Origin: Macrostomum lignano
Taxonomy: Eukaryota
DNA: 64,000 nt
Direction of reading: 5' to 3'
NCBI GenBank assembly: GCA_002269645.1
Contig: NIVC01002422.1
Span: forward strand, 1-64,000
In this document: piece after piece, positions 45,608 to 59,246 of the stretch
Position numbering within the stretch: the first letter of the stretch is position 1
How the letters are laid out: each line of letters opens with the position of its first letter
Made by a program: the position numbers and the translations under genes
The notes under the pieces: generated by a model
Databases searched by the model: none
What the model was told of the DNA's origin: nothing
What the model saw: only the letters and a program-made list of their open reading frames with translations

Positions 45608-48600
45608 AGAATGGCAAGTTGCATCTGCAAGGCACACTTTATTAAGCAGGTAGCTTTGGCTGGCACTGAAATATTTTTATGTATTGTTGGTTATGTTTTC
45701 AACTTTTGTGCTTATGGTTAGCACAAATAATATAAAGGTAAAGTAATGACAAGTATTCCAAAGATCACAACAGTCTCAATGATGTTAGTAGGCCTAATCT
45801 ATTTCAATATTTACTCAGTGATAGTCAACTATCAAAGCACAGTGCAAATTTAAGTAGAAAGCTAAAATCCCAAGACCAAAAAGAGCGATCAAACCAATAC
45901 TAAGTAAATAATGCAAATACAAATTTTGTGTTTGGTTATAGCAAATCTATAAACTGCAATCTATTTAAAGTAAAAAAATATAAATTTGTAGTCAGGCCCT
46001 AGTTATAATCTTGATGAAAATATAGCTGATCTGAAAAGAGCAAAGCAAGGCTCTTGTATTATAAAAGTTGGGCTTTGCTTAAATTATCAAATATCAAGGC
46101 ACATCATGGGTAGAAATTGTGCCATAAAGGCATTTTTTGTTAAACAAATTTTGGTAATATTGAATTGGCAAGTGCTTATATATTTCTTTTGTATCAAACT
46201 TTTTGTTTTAGGTTAGTTCTCTAAATTGGGACCAAAGTCTAGTTCAGCAAATTTACTTACCTTTGTGTCTATATTTGTTTATATATACCTAAGTATAACT
46301 TAAAAAATGGACTTCTTCTATAATGCCATTTACCTAGTTTGTATCCCAAAATAAAGTTCTTGAAACAAATAATTGTATATTACCAACTTTCTTTAGTCAA
46401 AATGTCAGTTCTTCCAATAGCTTCAACATTGCAACTTCTATCTTATTCAATAGTTTGGACTTGGCTATGTTACGCATAAGCAGCTTAGTCTATTGCACTA
46501 GACTACATTGTATTTTGCTCACTTGATTTGTCAAAAGACTGACAAAACCATTATTTGTATCAGCCAAAGTAGCTAAATAGATATCTAGAACCTTTTTGTA
46601 TGTTGAAAATGATAGGAGAGCAACAAGCAATAATGAGTCTTTTAATAAGTTGCTACATTGAATCACACATTGAATTCGTTATTAAGTTCTATATGGAATA
46701 GGCCTAAGAACTCAAGTTTACTTTAGTGTAGAAAATATGGCATTAAATAGGTTTAAGAAATCAATTTAGGCTTACTGCAAGATATTACACATTGAACCTT
46801 GTATTGAATAGGCTTAAAAACTTAGTTGAGATTTGTATGAAGATCTCACATTGAATCCCACATTGAATCAGCCTAAAAACTCAAGTTAAGTTTAGTGCAT
46901 AAGCTTTTGTTTGAATATTATACAAGCTTATATGCACTCTTATGTTTTTTATTAGGTCATTTTCTAGGCTTATCTCAATTCTTAAGATGGCAGGTTGCCA
47001 AAAAAGCTGCTTTATTGCTCTCATTTACTAAATAGACAACTAGGGGTCTTAGATAGTTTAAAGGAGTTGCTGATTGCCAATTCACCTGGAAGTAACAATT
47101 AGCATAATTAAGGATATTATCTTTAGGCCATCTTGCATGATGCTTTCAAGCTTATCTATTTCTTGGAGCCTATAGATTATATTGTCTTTTATGTTATATT
47201 AGTTGATCTCCTCTATAGTTTCATTGAAACTAATGTTGTAGGTGATAGTCTACTTGCCCCTCTCAATTGACTAGCTTTGAGATTCATTCTTTGAGTGGTC
47301 AGCTTGACATTTAGGACTTTAAGTTGCTCCATAAAGTTAACTTTAGATCATACAAACATGCACTTTGTAATCTTGACATGTATAGATAAGCCTATTGTCA
47401 CTAAGGCCATTTGAAATGGTGGTAAAGACTGGCTTGGTCAAGTCAAAATAGGACTAGTGGCACTAGTGGTAACAACTTTTATATTGATACCTTTATATAT
47501 TTCATCATAGTAAAATAGCCATTTGTCATCCTTGGTCTCCTATTGTATTTTAGCCTATTGATAAGAAAGAAATACCTATTGGTAATGCCTCTTGATCTTC
47601 AAGATAGCTTTTTAGTTTGCCTTTTTATGACATTGAGTGGGTATCATAATTAGTGTTAATTTTAAGTATTGAATCTCTAGAATCTTGTCTTGCATTTAAT
47701 TTGAAAAAAAACTTAGAAAACTTGGTAAATTAGAGCCCAACCCATATTATTACCATTATTTAGAATATCCCATATGGTGGTATCCAATTAAAAATGATAT
47801 CCAATAAATAGTAATATCAATTATTAATTAATTAGATACTATTAATATCCAATTAATAGTATCCAATTAAATTCAAAACATAATTTCATTATTACCTTGC
47901 TTTGGTTATTTGTTTCTAATCTATTAAAAGTATCTCATTAGATAATTATTTGATGTTCTACCTTTCTTGCAAATCCAAAAGACTAGAACTGAATATACTA
48001 CTTAGTTGGTTGCTAGATAAAAAATATTATTGAAGATATAAGCCATTGAATTTCTTAGCACAATTTCTTTATCCATGCTAAGCAATTAATAGTTAATGAA
48101 TGCAAATAGTAAGGATTTCACTTCTTGACACCAATTTTTATTGCAAGTCTTGAGCTTTCAATGGTGAATAAGAAAAAATATATGACAAGTTTTTAATTTA
48201 TTTAGCTAAGTTAGTTATTGTTATTATTTATATACTTGCTAACAATGGAAAGGATGCAAAAATGCTAAGATACTAAGTATTTAAAAAGAGTATGAAAACA
48301 AAAATTAAATTTTCGGAAAAACCAGCTAGATTTAAACCTAAGATGCCAATAAAAAGATAGTTAAATTAATAGAAACTAAAGTACAATTTCTCAAAATTAA
48401 GTCAAATTGAAACAATAACTAAATAACTAGCAAATTACTCAATTACAAAATAATTTCTATATATACGAGCTAACTTCACATCAAAACTTAAAAATAAATA
48501 TTTTAACAATTTTGTTACAAATGGCTAAAGAAGAAAAAATGTTTCTAAAAATTAGTAGGCCTAATCATATTTTAAGAGATGAGACTAAGCCCCTTTGTGC

Positions 48601-50589
48601 TTTAGTATAATCATCTGAAATCTAGTTTTATCATATATAGGTAGCTTATATAATAATAGCATCATATAACAAAATGTGATTAAGCAAGTCTAGTAGCTCA
48701 TAACAGCCAGCTAGAATAGCTAAGTCAAGGAACATCTGAATAGTAGGAATGAATCCTGGTATTTCATTACCAAGTATATGAATATTATAATTTTGTTCCT
48801 AAAATTAAAATTTTAAGAAAATTTAAATTTTTGGGCCTAACTATTAGCCTAAACATATTTATAATATGTTTTTCCATGGCCTAATACTCTTGAAAAAGGC
48901 CTACTTTAAATTTTGAAGATTCTATTATATAGTAAGTTGCTATTTGGAGTCTTTGGACTAATATAAAGACAATATGCTTGCAAAAGAGCAAAAGGTAAAA
49001 GACCAATTGGAAGATTATTAAGCACTGAAACCTAGTCTTAATAGGCTTACTTGATAGGCTAGTTTACATATAAAAATATTATAGTATTATACCATATTAG
49101 CAAGGGTTGTACTGGTAATATAACTAATCAATTTCTAATATTCACTCAATATTTTGCTAAAATAGGAATTAAAAGAAATAAATATATGAAGCTATTCATA
49201 AATTGGAGACATGCTTATGGCCTTATAATAATCCAAAGTTAGTATGATCCAAATAAATTTAAAATTCATCTTTTGGCAATTTTTTGTATAATTCTTTTTA
49301 TAAATTTTAAAGTTAAATAGACTATGTAATACATGGTAATCTAACAATAGTCCAAGAGCTAAGAGGAAAATAGATGCAATACTAGGGATATTCCTTTATG
49401 TGTTGAATCTGTAATGTTCATTGCATAAGTGACTCTTGGTATATTCCTAGTTGTCTTGAATGGTGTTGGTATATACAATGTTGATATTTGGATTGATTAT
49501 TTGTCTCAATTAAGGATACCAATTCTGGCTTTAAAAACCCTATCAAGATAAAGAATTTTTGTCACTTTTCCTGGGATCTCTAAGGACATTGGAAGAAAAA
49601 TTAAAACAAAATATGCATTTAAAGCTATAGTTATAACAATTTGTTGAGACATAGCATTTTTGGTATTTTCATTTGCTTAATATTGTTTTTACTATTTTGC
49701 AACAAATAAAGCATATAAATTAGCATCTTTGCTGATATTCTATGTAATAAAAAGGCTGTCAACTGGTTGTAGATGTGGTATGCTAGTATGGTACAAGAAA
49801 AAATATACAATTTAAATTTTAAAACAACTAGAAAGCAAAACCTTAAATATTTTAGAAAACTATTGGTTGTAATACAAATTGCACTATATACAATGTAAAT
49901 TGTAAATCAAAATCAAAATAGGACCTAAAGCATAAACCTTAAGTTATAAGTAACAATGTATGATATATTTCTTGCTTACTTATTTGAATGAGTTCTTATA
50001 TGGGTTCTAACTTCTAACCTCTAATGAGATATTTTGAGCTAGAATTAAGGTCAATCTTAAGTTTCTAGTTTCAAGGCTACTATGATATAATACTATATAA
50101 TCAGCCACACTACTAGATTCTAAAATTGGTCTTAAAATTGTTGTCAGATTAAAAAAGACCAATTTAAAATGCTAAGCTTTTTACTAGAAGGTCTCACTAG
50201 ATATTAAATTATCAAATCATATGTAGCAACCAAATACAAGTTGCAACAATAAATATATTTTGGGCCTCTAAAGTGTGATTACAATAGTGCTAGTCAAAAG
50301 AATCTTGTTGCTTATTAACTTGGATTTTTTTTAAAACAGTCTTATTGCAAAGGCCTTTTCTGCCTCAACATTGCATCTCACTTGGACTTTGATTTAAAGC
50401 TGCAGGTTGCATTAAGATAGATGCTTTCCTTGATCCAGACAGTAGTACTAGCTTTTGTGCAATGTGTACAAAAATTTATGCATGCCAGGTCCAGGATGTT
50501 ACCTCAATATTCCATACTATATTATCACCTTGCTAACTCATTCAATACCACCTTGTTCAAATCCTGTATCTAGACAAACTTGATCTGCA

Positions 50590-50915
50590 GTTGTAGTTTG
50601 ATTCATAGGCACAGTTTGATCCATAGGCACAGCTTGATCTATACGCACAGCTTGATCCACAGGCACAGCTTGATCTACAGGCACAGCTTGATCTATAGGC
50701 ACAGCTTGATATATAGGCACAGCCTGATCTATAGACACAGCTTGATCTATACGCACAGCTTGATCCACAGACACAGCTTGATCTACAGGCACAGCCTGAT
50801 CTATAGGCACAGCTTGATATATAGGCACAGCCTGATCTATAGGCACAGCTTGATCTATAGGCACAGCTTGATCCACAGGTACAGCTTGATCTGTAGGCAC
50901 AGCTTGATCTATAGG
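50590..50915. repeat. 18-bp minisatellite (GGCACAGCTTGATCTATA), ~18 copies
   Basis: Ends ~65 bp upstream of the COX5A ATG. Confidence 0.95.
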
Positions 50916-50980
50916 CTATATGTATAATTTGCAACCACTATCAGTGCTTTTATTCACAATTTCATGCTCTAGCCTACACC

Positions 50981-51656
50981 ATGTTCCGCGCAATCGCTAG
51001 CTCAGCCAAGCTGCTCAGATTAGGCGTTTCAGTTGCCAGGCCATCGCTGCCGGCCGTCAGCGTTGTCAGCAGGCAGCTGAGCGACGCGCCAAAACTGTCC
51101 CCGGCTGAGTTTGACGCCAAATACTTGGCCTTGTTTAACAATCCCCAATCAGACGGCTGGGTAATTCGCAAAGCTATGCAGGATCTGTACTCTGAGGATC
51201 TGGTCCCCGAGCCTGAGCTTGTCACCGCCGCACTCAAAGCCTGCCGGCGTGTCAACGACTACGCCTTGGCTGTTCGCTTCCTTGAGGCTACTCGCGTGAG
51301 TCTAGCTGTTTTTTAGCGTCACACTGCTGAGCCTCTGACCCACAGATGTTGCAGACTGCTTACTCCGTGTTTAAAAATGATTCAAATTTGACAATTAATG
51401 GGTCTTGAAGTTCCAAGAATTCCGTTCCTAATATTGTGGCAAACAGTAAAAATAAGAATGCGAACAGTAGCATTTTTGATAAGCGACATCTTTCGCCTCG
51501 CGTCAGGCATCGTCAGGCTCATAAGGAATCGGAAACGAAGTATTTATTTATGTATTGATATGAATTTTGACGAAAAGGAGTCGATAAAAGTAGAAAAATG
51601 TACATTAACTTAACAGTCAATCGGCTATTGCACAGATTTGCGGAGCGCACAGGGCA

Positions 51657-51741
<85 letters not shown>

Positions 51742-53428
51742 CAAGGACACGGGTAGTAGCTCATGGAAGAGCCTCAAGGACACGGGTAGTGGAAGAGCCT
51801 CAAGGACACGGGTAGCAGCTCATGGAAGAGCCTCAAGGACACGGGTAGTAGCTCATGGAAGAGCCTCAAGCACACGGGTAGTAGCTCATGGAAGAGCCTC
51901 AAGGACACAGGTAGTAGCTCATGGAAGAGCCTCAAGGACACGGGTAGCACATCATGGAAGAGCCTCAAGGACACGGGTAGTAGCTCATGGAAGAGCCTCA
52001 AGGACACGGGTAGCACATCATGGAAGAGCCTCAAGGACACGGGTAGCACATCATGGAAGAGCCTCAAGGACACGGGTAGTAGCTCATGGAAGAGCCTCAA
52101 GCACACGGGTAGTAGCTCATGGAAGAGCCTCAAGGACACAGGTAGTAGCTCATGGAAGAGCCTCAAGGACACGGGTAGCACATCATGGAAGAGCCTCAAG
52201 GACACGGGTAGTAGCTCATGGAAGAGCCTCAAGGACACGGGTAGCACATCATGGAAGAGCCTCAAGGACACGGGTAGTAGCTCATGGAAGAGCCTCAAGG
52301 ACACGAGTAGTAGCTCATGGAAGAGCCTCAAGGACACGGGTAGTAGCTCATGGAAGAGCCTCAAGGACACGGGTAGCAGCTTATGGAAGAGCCTCAAAGA
52401 CACAGGTAGTAGCGCCTCATGACAAAGCCTCAAGGACACGGGTAGTAGCTCATGGAAGAGCCTCAAGGACACGGGTAGTAGCTCATGGAAGAGCCTCAAG
52501 GACACGGGTAGCAGCTCATGGAAGAGCCTCAAGGACACGGGTAGTAGCTCATGACAGAGCCTCAAGGACACGGGTAGCAGCTCATGGAAGAGCCTCAAGG
52601 ACACGGGTAGTAGCTCATGACAGAGCCTCAAGGACACGGGTAGTAGCTCATGACAGAGCCTCAAGGACACGGGTAGTAGCTCATGGAAGAGACTCAAAGA
52701 CACGGGTAGCAGCTCGCCTCGTGAACTTTTAGTTAATTCCGACTTTTACGCCTTCACAAATCAAAGTTTCCGTTAGTCTCACCCTATAGGTAATACTCTG
52801 GTGACCTGAGCATTGAAATAGATAAATGGTACCTGCCTGTCGAAAGCTGAAAACACGGCATTTTTTAACAAATTGGCCGATTTTCTCGTAGCGGAAAGTT
52901 ACCATGCCAGAATGCTTTCACTAAGAAACACATTGAACTTGTTACCGTGACAAAAGTCGCTTGACAGTCGTAGCAAGCACAATTCACTAGCGGCTCTGGG
53001 GCGAGGCGACTCTTTGACGACTTTTACCGTGACATCTCGTCGTTTTAGAGTTATCTAGAGTCACTTATTGTCCTGTTTTGCCTGTGTTGCCTGAAGCGAC
53101 TCTAAGAGGACGCACGTGACTCCATGATGCTTATTGACCTGCGTACAGTTTTAATCTGGAAAGCACTGGACAAGATTCGCATAAAAATTATTTTCGCTAC
53201 TCGTTAGTAAGCGACATCTGCATCGCTAGATACATGCTATCTAAGCCACCTGACCACCTCGCTTTCTACTTGCAGTTCAAGTGCGGCACCCAAGAGAAGG
53301 TGATCTGGCCCTGGATGATGCAGCAGATCAAACCAACCCTTGCTGAGCTGGGCATCAGCTCCATCGACGAGATGGGCTACGATAAGCCTGAGCTGTACGT
53401 GCACCCCGAGCAGGGCATGTTCGAATGA
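50981..53428 (+). CDS. COX5A: Cytochrome c oxidase subunit 5A, mitochondrial, 155 aa
   Basis: Exons 50981..51295 and 53276..53428. Basic presequence, then EFDAKYLALFNNP..DGW..RKAMQDLYSEDLVPEPELVTAALKACRRVNDYALAVRFLEA/FKCG...QQIKPTLAELGISSIDEMGYDKP. Confidence 0.96.
51660..52715. repeat. (GA)n microsatellite followed by a 33-bp minisatellite (~29 copies)
   Basis: GA run 51660..51738, then the unit AGAGCCTCAAGGACACGGGTAGTAGCTCATGGA, inside the COX5A intron. Confidence 0.96.
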
Positions 53429-54229
53429 GCGCAAATTTCAAGAGAAAAAAAGAACACACTTTGCCATTTTGCGCTTAGATTAACAACAACAAAAGCGTCT
53501 ACTTATGACTACCTAGCAACCAATTGTGTTACAATGTTGGTTTACCTGTATAAGTGGGCGAGGCATTAGATTTTAGCTATCTATAAAAAATTAACACATC
53601 CACTCTTGTTAGTAATATAGTTTCTGTAGTAATAGTCTAACTTCTTGCGCACTCTCCCACTTCAAAAACAGTCTTCTGTCAAAAATATACTGAAATATTT
53701 CAATGTCGAATTTCAACACCTGTCTGTTCCCTGTTAGTCAAACAAAATCAAATATATACACACACACAGCACCTGCGCGTCACCTGCTTATGTCAAATCG
53801 TTGATTGATGCCTAATTAAATAAAAGTCTGAAATAAATAGTAAAACGCTTTGCTTTTGCCGCAGAAGCAGCAACGCCCGCACACGCTGGCTTTTTCGATC
53901 TAAGAAAGACCTATTGCTCACAGAAATTTTGTTTGTATTACTGTTCTTTTTTGCATATTATAACAAAATCAAGTAGATTGAGTTTATATGCTTATATTTC
54001 TTTAGATTAACAAGAGTTTCAATGTAGCCTAATATTCAATGGAGAACATGATTAACCGAAGGGTACACAAATTTCCTGCATTTTTTCAGCTATTGTAATC
54101 TTATTTTGGCTAGAAGCCTTATATTAGTTAGAATTGAAGCATCAAAATTATTTCTGTACCACGTACTATGTACTCGTATTAAGTAATTGGCTAAAACGAT
54201 TTGCGCCAACCTCAACTCTTAATTTGATT

Positions 54230-54650
54230 AGCTTCATTCTGATTGGTTGAAACCAATATAGACACTGCAACCTCATTCCTAGTTGGATTAGCTTCATTCT
54301 AATTGGTTGAAACCAATAGACACCAACCTCACCTATTTAGAGGCATTAGATGCATTAGCTTACAGGCATTAGCTTTATTCTAATTGGTTGAAACAGATAG
54401 ACACCAACCTCACTCCTAAAAAATAGACTAGCTTTATTCTAATTGGTTGAAACAGATAGACACCAACCTCACTCCTAAAAAATAGACTAGCTTCATTCTA
54501 ATTGGTTGAAACGGATAGACAACAACGTCCCTCCTAAAATGGACTAGAATCATTCTGATTGGTTAAAACCAATCGACACCAACCTCACTCCTAAAATGGA
54601 CTAGATTCATTCTGATTGGTTAAAACCAATCGACATCAACCTCACTCCAA
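54230..54650. promoter_or_regulatory. ~58-bp tandem repeat (7 copies) carrying CCAAT boxes immediately upstream of SHMT
   Basis: Each unit contains ATTGGTT; four carry the near-palindrome ATTGGTTRAAACCAAT. The array ends ~45 bp before the ATG. Regulatory role is inferred. Confidence 0.5.
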
Positions 54651-54694
54651 GCTGGAAATCAACCAACGTCGCATTGATGTCGCGATAATCAACA

Positions 54695-57600
54695 ATGCTA
54701 ATGCGCCGCATTCTAATGCGTCCGGCTGCTCGTCGCCTAGCAACGGCCGCCTGGACCGGACAAGAGCCCCTAGCAACTAGCGATCCGCAGCTGTGGTCGC
54801 TTATTCAAGAAGAGAAACAACGCCAATTCAGAGGCTTGGAGCTCATCGCCTCGGAGAATTTCACTAGCCGGGCTGTGATGCAGTGCGCCGGCTCCTGTCT
54901 GACCAACAAATACGCTGAGGGATATCCGGGTGCCAGGTGCGACCCGCCTTCCGCTGCCTACCCTGCCACTTCCTCTGTTTATCTTGAACTCCCGCTGTCT
55001 ACCATTAACCTCCTACTATCTACTAATTAATGAAACCAACGTTAACTACCAATACACTCCCACGGTCTATCATTAAACTCCCCGCTATCATTAAATTCCC
55101 ACTTCTACCATTAAACCCACGTTAACTACCAATAAACCCCCTCTAGCTACCACTAAACTCCCATTAATACAAATAAACTCCCGCTATCTAACATTAAACC
55201 CACGTTAACTACCAATTAACCCACTATCTACCTTTAAACTCCCGCTATCTATCATTAAACCCACTGTCTACCATTAAACTCCTACTGTCTACCATTAAAC
55301 CCCCACTGTCTACCATTTAACTCCCACTGTCTATCATTAAACTCCCACTGTCTATCATTAAACTCCCACTGCCTACCATTAAACCCCCACTGTCTATCAT
55401 TAAACTCCCACTGTCTACCATTAAACTCCCAGTGGCTACGATTAAACTCCCACTGTCTACCAATCAACTCCCACTGGCTACCATTAAACTCCCACAGGCT
55501 ACCATTAAACTCCCACTGGCTACCATTAAACTCCCACTGTCTACCAATCAACTCCCACTGGCTACCATTAAACTCCCACAGGCTACCATTAAACTCCCAC
55601 TGGCTACCATTAAACTCCCACTGGCTACCATTAAACTCCCACTGGCTACCATTAAACTCCCACTGGATACGATTAAACTCCCACAGGCTACCATTAAACT
55701 CCCACTGGCTACCATTAAACTCCCACTGGCTACCATTAAACTCCCACTGGATACGATTAAACTCCCACAGGCTACCATTCAACTCCCACTGGCTACCATT
55801 AAACTCCCACTGGATACGATTAAACTCCCACAGGCTACCATTCAACTCCCACTGTATACCGTTAAACTCCCAATGTCTACGATTAAACTCCCAATGTCTA
55901 CGATTAAACTCCCACTGTCTACGATTAAACTCCCACTGTTTACCTTTAAACTCAACTAGCTACCATTAAACTCCCCGCTATCTTCAATAGAACCAGCTAA
56001 GATCCCGATTCCATCAGCAGTCCTCCCTTTCCTCGCCGCAGGTACTACGGCGGCAACGAGGTGGTGGACCGAATCGAGCTTCTGGCCCAGTCCCGCCTGC
56101 TGGACTGCTTCGGCCTCGACCCCCAGCGCTGGGGCGTCAACGTGCAGCCGTACTCGGGCAGTCCGGCTAACTTCGCCGCCTACACCGGCCTCCTCAAGCC
56201 TCACGACAGATTCATGGGCCTTGACCTGCCCGACGGCGGCCACCTCACCCACGGCTTTGCCAGCCCGCAGAAGCGGGTGTCGGCCACTTCTGTGTACTTT
56301 GAATCGCTTGGATACAAGGTTAGTAATAACAATTAAGGTTGGGCAGGAGGGCTATGGGCCACATCACCCCACAACCAGCGCTGACGGCAATCAAATTGAC
56401 GCTGACGGCCGCTGACGGTTGGCCATCAAAGATGTTCATCGGCCTTCTAACCGTCGCCCCCCTCAGGTGGACCAGCGCACCGGACTGCTAGACTACGAGC
56501 AGCTGGAGTCGACCGCTCGCCTGTTTCGCCCTCGCCTAATTGTAGCCGGCGTCACCGCCTATCCGCGCCTATTGGACTACGCGCGTTTTCGGCGCCTCTG
56601 CGACGAACTCGGCGCCGTCCTGATGGCCGACATGGCCCACATCAGCGGTCTGGTGGCCGCCGGCGTTATTCCTTCGCCATTCGAATTTGCCGACGTTGTC
56701 ACCAGCACCACGCACAAGTCTTTGCGCGGCCCTCGCGCCGGCGTCATTTTCTATCGCCGCGGCGAACGGCCTCCGGCGTCGGCTAAAGAGGCGCCCAGAC
56801 AGTACGACTTTGAGGAGCGAATCAACTTCGCCGTGTTCCCCGGCCTGCAGGGCGGCCCGCACGAAGCTGCTATTGCCGGCATCGCCGCCATGGCGCTGCA
56901 GGCTCGCTCGCCAGAGTTCAAAGCTTACGCCAAGCAGGTTCGGCTTGACCTTGGTTGACCCCTTGGTCCTTGGTGCTGGATGTCCTTGCATCCCTTCATT
57001 CAGACTGTTTATTTTATTTTATTAGAGGCAGGGGGGTTGTGTGCACCCTGGCGCACTTTAAGCGACATAGGCACACAACCGGCGAGAGGCATTACTGCCC
57101 ATTCCGCCGACTCCCCTGAGCAGGCATACAAGCGCGCGGATACGTACGCAGGCACACACTCACACAGGAGTGTACAGCGGCACTAACTTAATAATATCGT
57201 TTGGCATGTGCACTTCACTGCGCCTTGGGGGGTTGGCTCTCAAGGCCGTTAATTGCACGAGCAGAGCCTGTACCCTGCATCCCTTCATTCAGACTGTACC
57301 CTGCATCCCTGCATTCAGACTGTGCCCTGCATCCCTTCATTCAGACTGTACCCTGCATCCCTTCATTCAGACTGTACCCTGCATCCCTTCATTCAGACTG
57401 TACCCTGCATCCCTTCATTCAGACTGTACCCTGCATCCCTTCATTCAGACTGTACCCTGCATCCCTTTATTCAGACTGTACCCTGCATCCCTGCATTCAG
57501 ACTGTACCCTGCATCCCTTCATTCAGACTGTACCCAAGTACCTTGCATCCCTTCATTCAAACTGTACCTGCGTCAAAACAAATATGAATTGGTTTTTTAA

Positions 57601-57995
57601 ATATGAAAGCCTAACAATCGGGGGGAGGGAATCAAGCATCAATATGCCTAGGCTCCTTTTCTTCCCCAAACCCCAGGTCCTGGCCAATGCGCAAGCGATG
57701 AGCCGAGCGCTGATCGCCAAGGGCTACAGCGTAGTCACCGGCGGCACCGACTGCCACCTGTTACTCGTCGATCTCCGACCGAAAGGCGTAGACGGCGCCA
57801 GGGCTGAGCGGGTTGCTGAACTGGCCGCTATCACCTTTAATAAAAACACTGTGCCCGGCGATAAGAGCGCCCTGGTGCCGGGCGGGATTCGGCTGGGTAG
57901 GCGGCGTTTGGTTGCTTGGCTTAGTGACAGATAGATAGATAGATAGATAGGTAGATAGATAGATAGGTAGGTAGATAGATAGATAGATAGATAGG

Positions 57996-58026
<31 letters not shown>

Positions 58027-58494
58027 GTAGATAGATAGATAGATAGGTAGGTAGATAGATTAGACGGACAGACAGACAGACAGAAAGACAGACAGACAGA
58101 CAGACAGACAACAAGCGAGCAGCTACGGCAGAGGTGTAACGCACAGTGTACTTCGCACACCAAATCATTGCAGGCACGCCGGCACTGACAACGAGAAGTC
58201 TTGTTGAGAAAGACTTCGAAGCCGTTGTAGACTTTATCGACAAAGCTGTGGACATTGCTATTCACGCCAAATCTAAAACAAGTAAGTAAATTTGTGCATG
58301 CTGCTAGAAGTATCTCAACTTTGTCTCGGGGGGCTCTGATGTAAAAATGATCTCATTTGTCTTCAGAGACGCTAAAAGACTTCAAAAAATTTGTGCTCGA
58401 AGACGCCGAGACAGCGAGACGCATCGGAGAGCTCAAACAGGAAGTTGAGTCGTTTGCCAGCCGCTTTCCCATGCCCGGGTGGGAAGATTACTGA
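54695..58494 (+). CDS. SHMT2: Serine hydroxymethyltransferase, mitochondrial type, 481 aa
   Basis: Exons 54695..54936, 56042..56318, 56467..56937, 57677..57896, 58174..58281, 58367..58494 (1446 bp, phases consistent). Motifs [52 protein letters not shown]-lysine [29 protein letters not shown]; Arg-rich acid-free presequence. Confidence 0.96.
55000..55980. repeat. 21-bp minisatellite (CTACCATTAAACTCCCACTGG), ~45 copies with degenerate edges
   Basis: Fills SHMT intron 1. Confidence 0.95.
56980..57565. repeat. 26-bp minisatellite (TGTACCCTGCATCCCTTCATTCAGAC), interrupted by a SINE
   Basis: One unit left of the SINE and ~11 to the right, in SHMT intron 3. Confidence 0.93.
57009..57268 (-). mobile_element. 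5'-truncated copy of the SINE at 8001
   Basis: Near-identical reverse complement of 8108..8366 with a (TTTTA)n tail; lacks the tRNA head. Confidence 0.92.
57927..58110. repeat. (GATA)n/(GACA)n compound microsatellite
   Basis: SHMT intron 4. Confidence 0.95.
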
Positions 58495-58944
58495 AGAGTA
58501 ACTTGATTCCTATAGCTGGGACTGTTTGTACAGCTCGCCAAACAAGTCAGTGACCTCGGTTCACACTTAAAGGGCCATAATCGTGTCATTCTGCCTGCCA
58601 CTAAGTCCACTTTTAGATCTTAGAAAGATATTTTAGCGAAGAATTATCATAAAATATTTTCTGATTGCTGTCTTTACATTATTTGCTTGTTAATTGATTT
58701 TTTTCTGCGATGATCAACATTATATCCTTATGAAGCGTGTTCTGATTTCCTAGCAGGTTGCCAAATCTATATTTTTTCAATAAGACATCGTTTATGAGGC
58801 AAATATTACAGCCACATTAAATAAATGCTTATATAAACTTTAAAAATGAATTTCTTGCTTCAGTTTATTATAGAGATGCAATATCTGCCTACTGTATTCA
58901 TAAGTAGTTGATAGAGAACAGTAGTCAGGGTGACGATAGACTTT

Positions 58945-59246
58945 TAATTAAGTTAATATGGAGGCTGTGTGCACCCTGGCGCACTTCAAGCGAAATTGTC
59001 ACACAACCGGCGAGAGGCATAACTGCCCATTCCGCCGACTCCCCTGAACAGGCTCACAAGCGCGCGGATACGTACGCAGTCATACGCACAGGCACACACA
59101 GGAGTGTACAGCGGTCCTAACTTCACTGTGCCTTGGGGGTTGGGCCTCAAGGGCGTTAATTGCACAAGCAGAGCCAAGCCGAGATTGCAATTTAGCCCCC
59201 AAATTAATTTGACTGCACTGGGAATCGAGCCTGGGCCACGGCCCCC
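58945..59246 (-). mobile_element. SINE copy with two internal deletions
   Basis: Collinear with 8001..8350, but the head is reduced to GGGGGCCGTGGCCCAGGCTCGATTCCC and the core lacks the segment between two ACTT motifs. Confidence 0.9.

Noticed and set aside
50981-58494. COX5A-SHMT2 operon, or a metabolic cluster with MTAP
   Set aside because: COX5A has its own AATAAA signals at ~53820 and there is ~850 bp with promoter-like CCAAT repeats before SHMT; adjacency of three housekeeping genes is not evidence without synteny or trans-splicing data.
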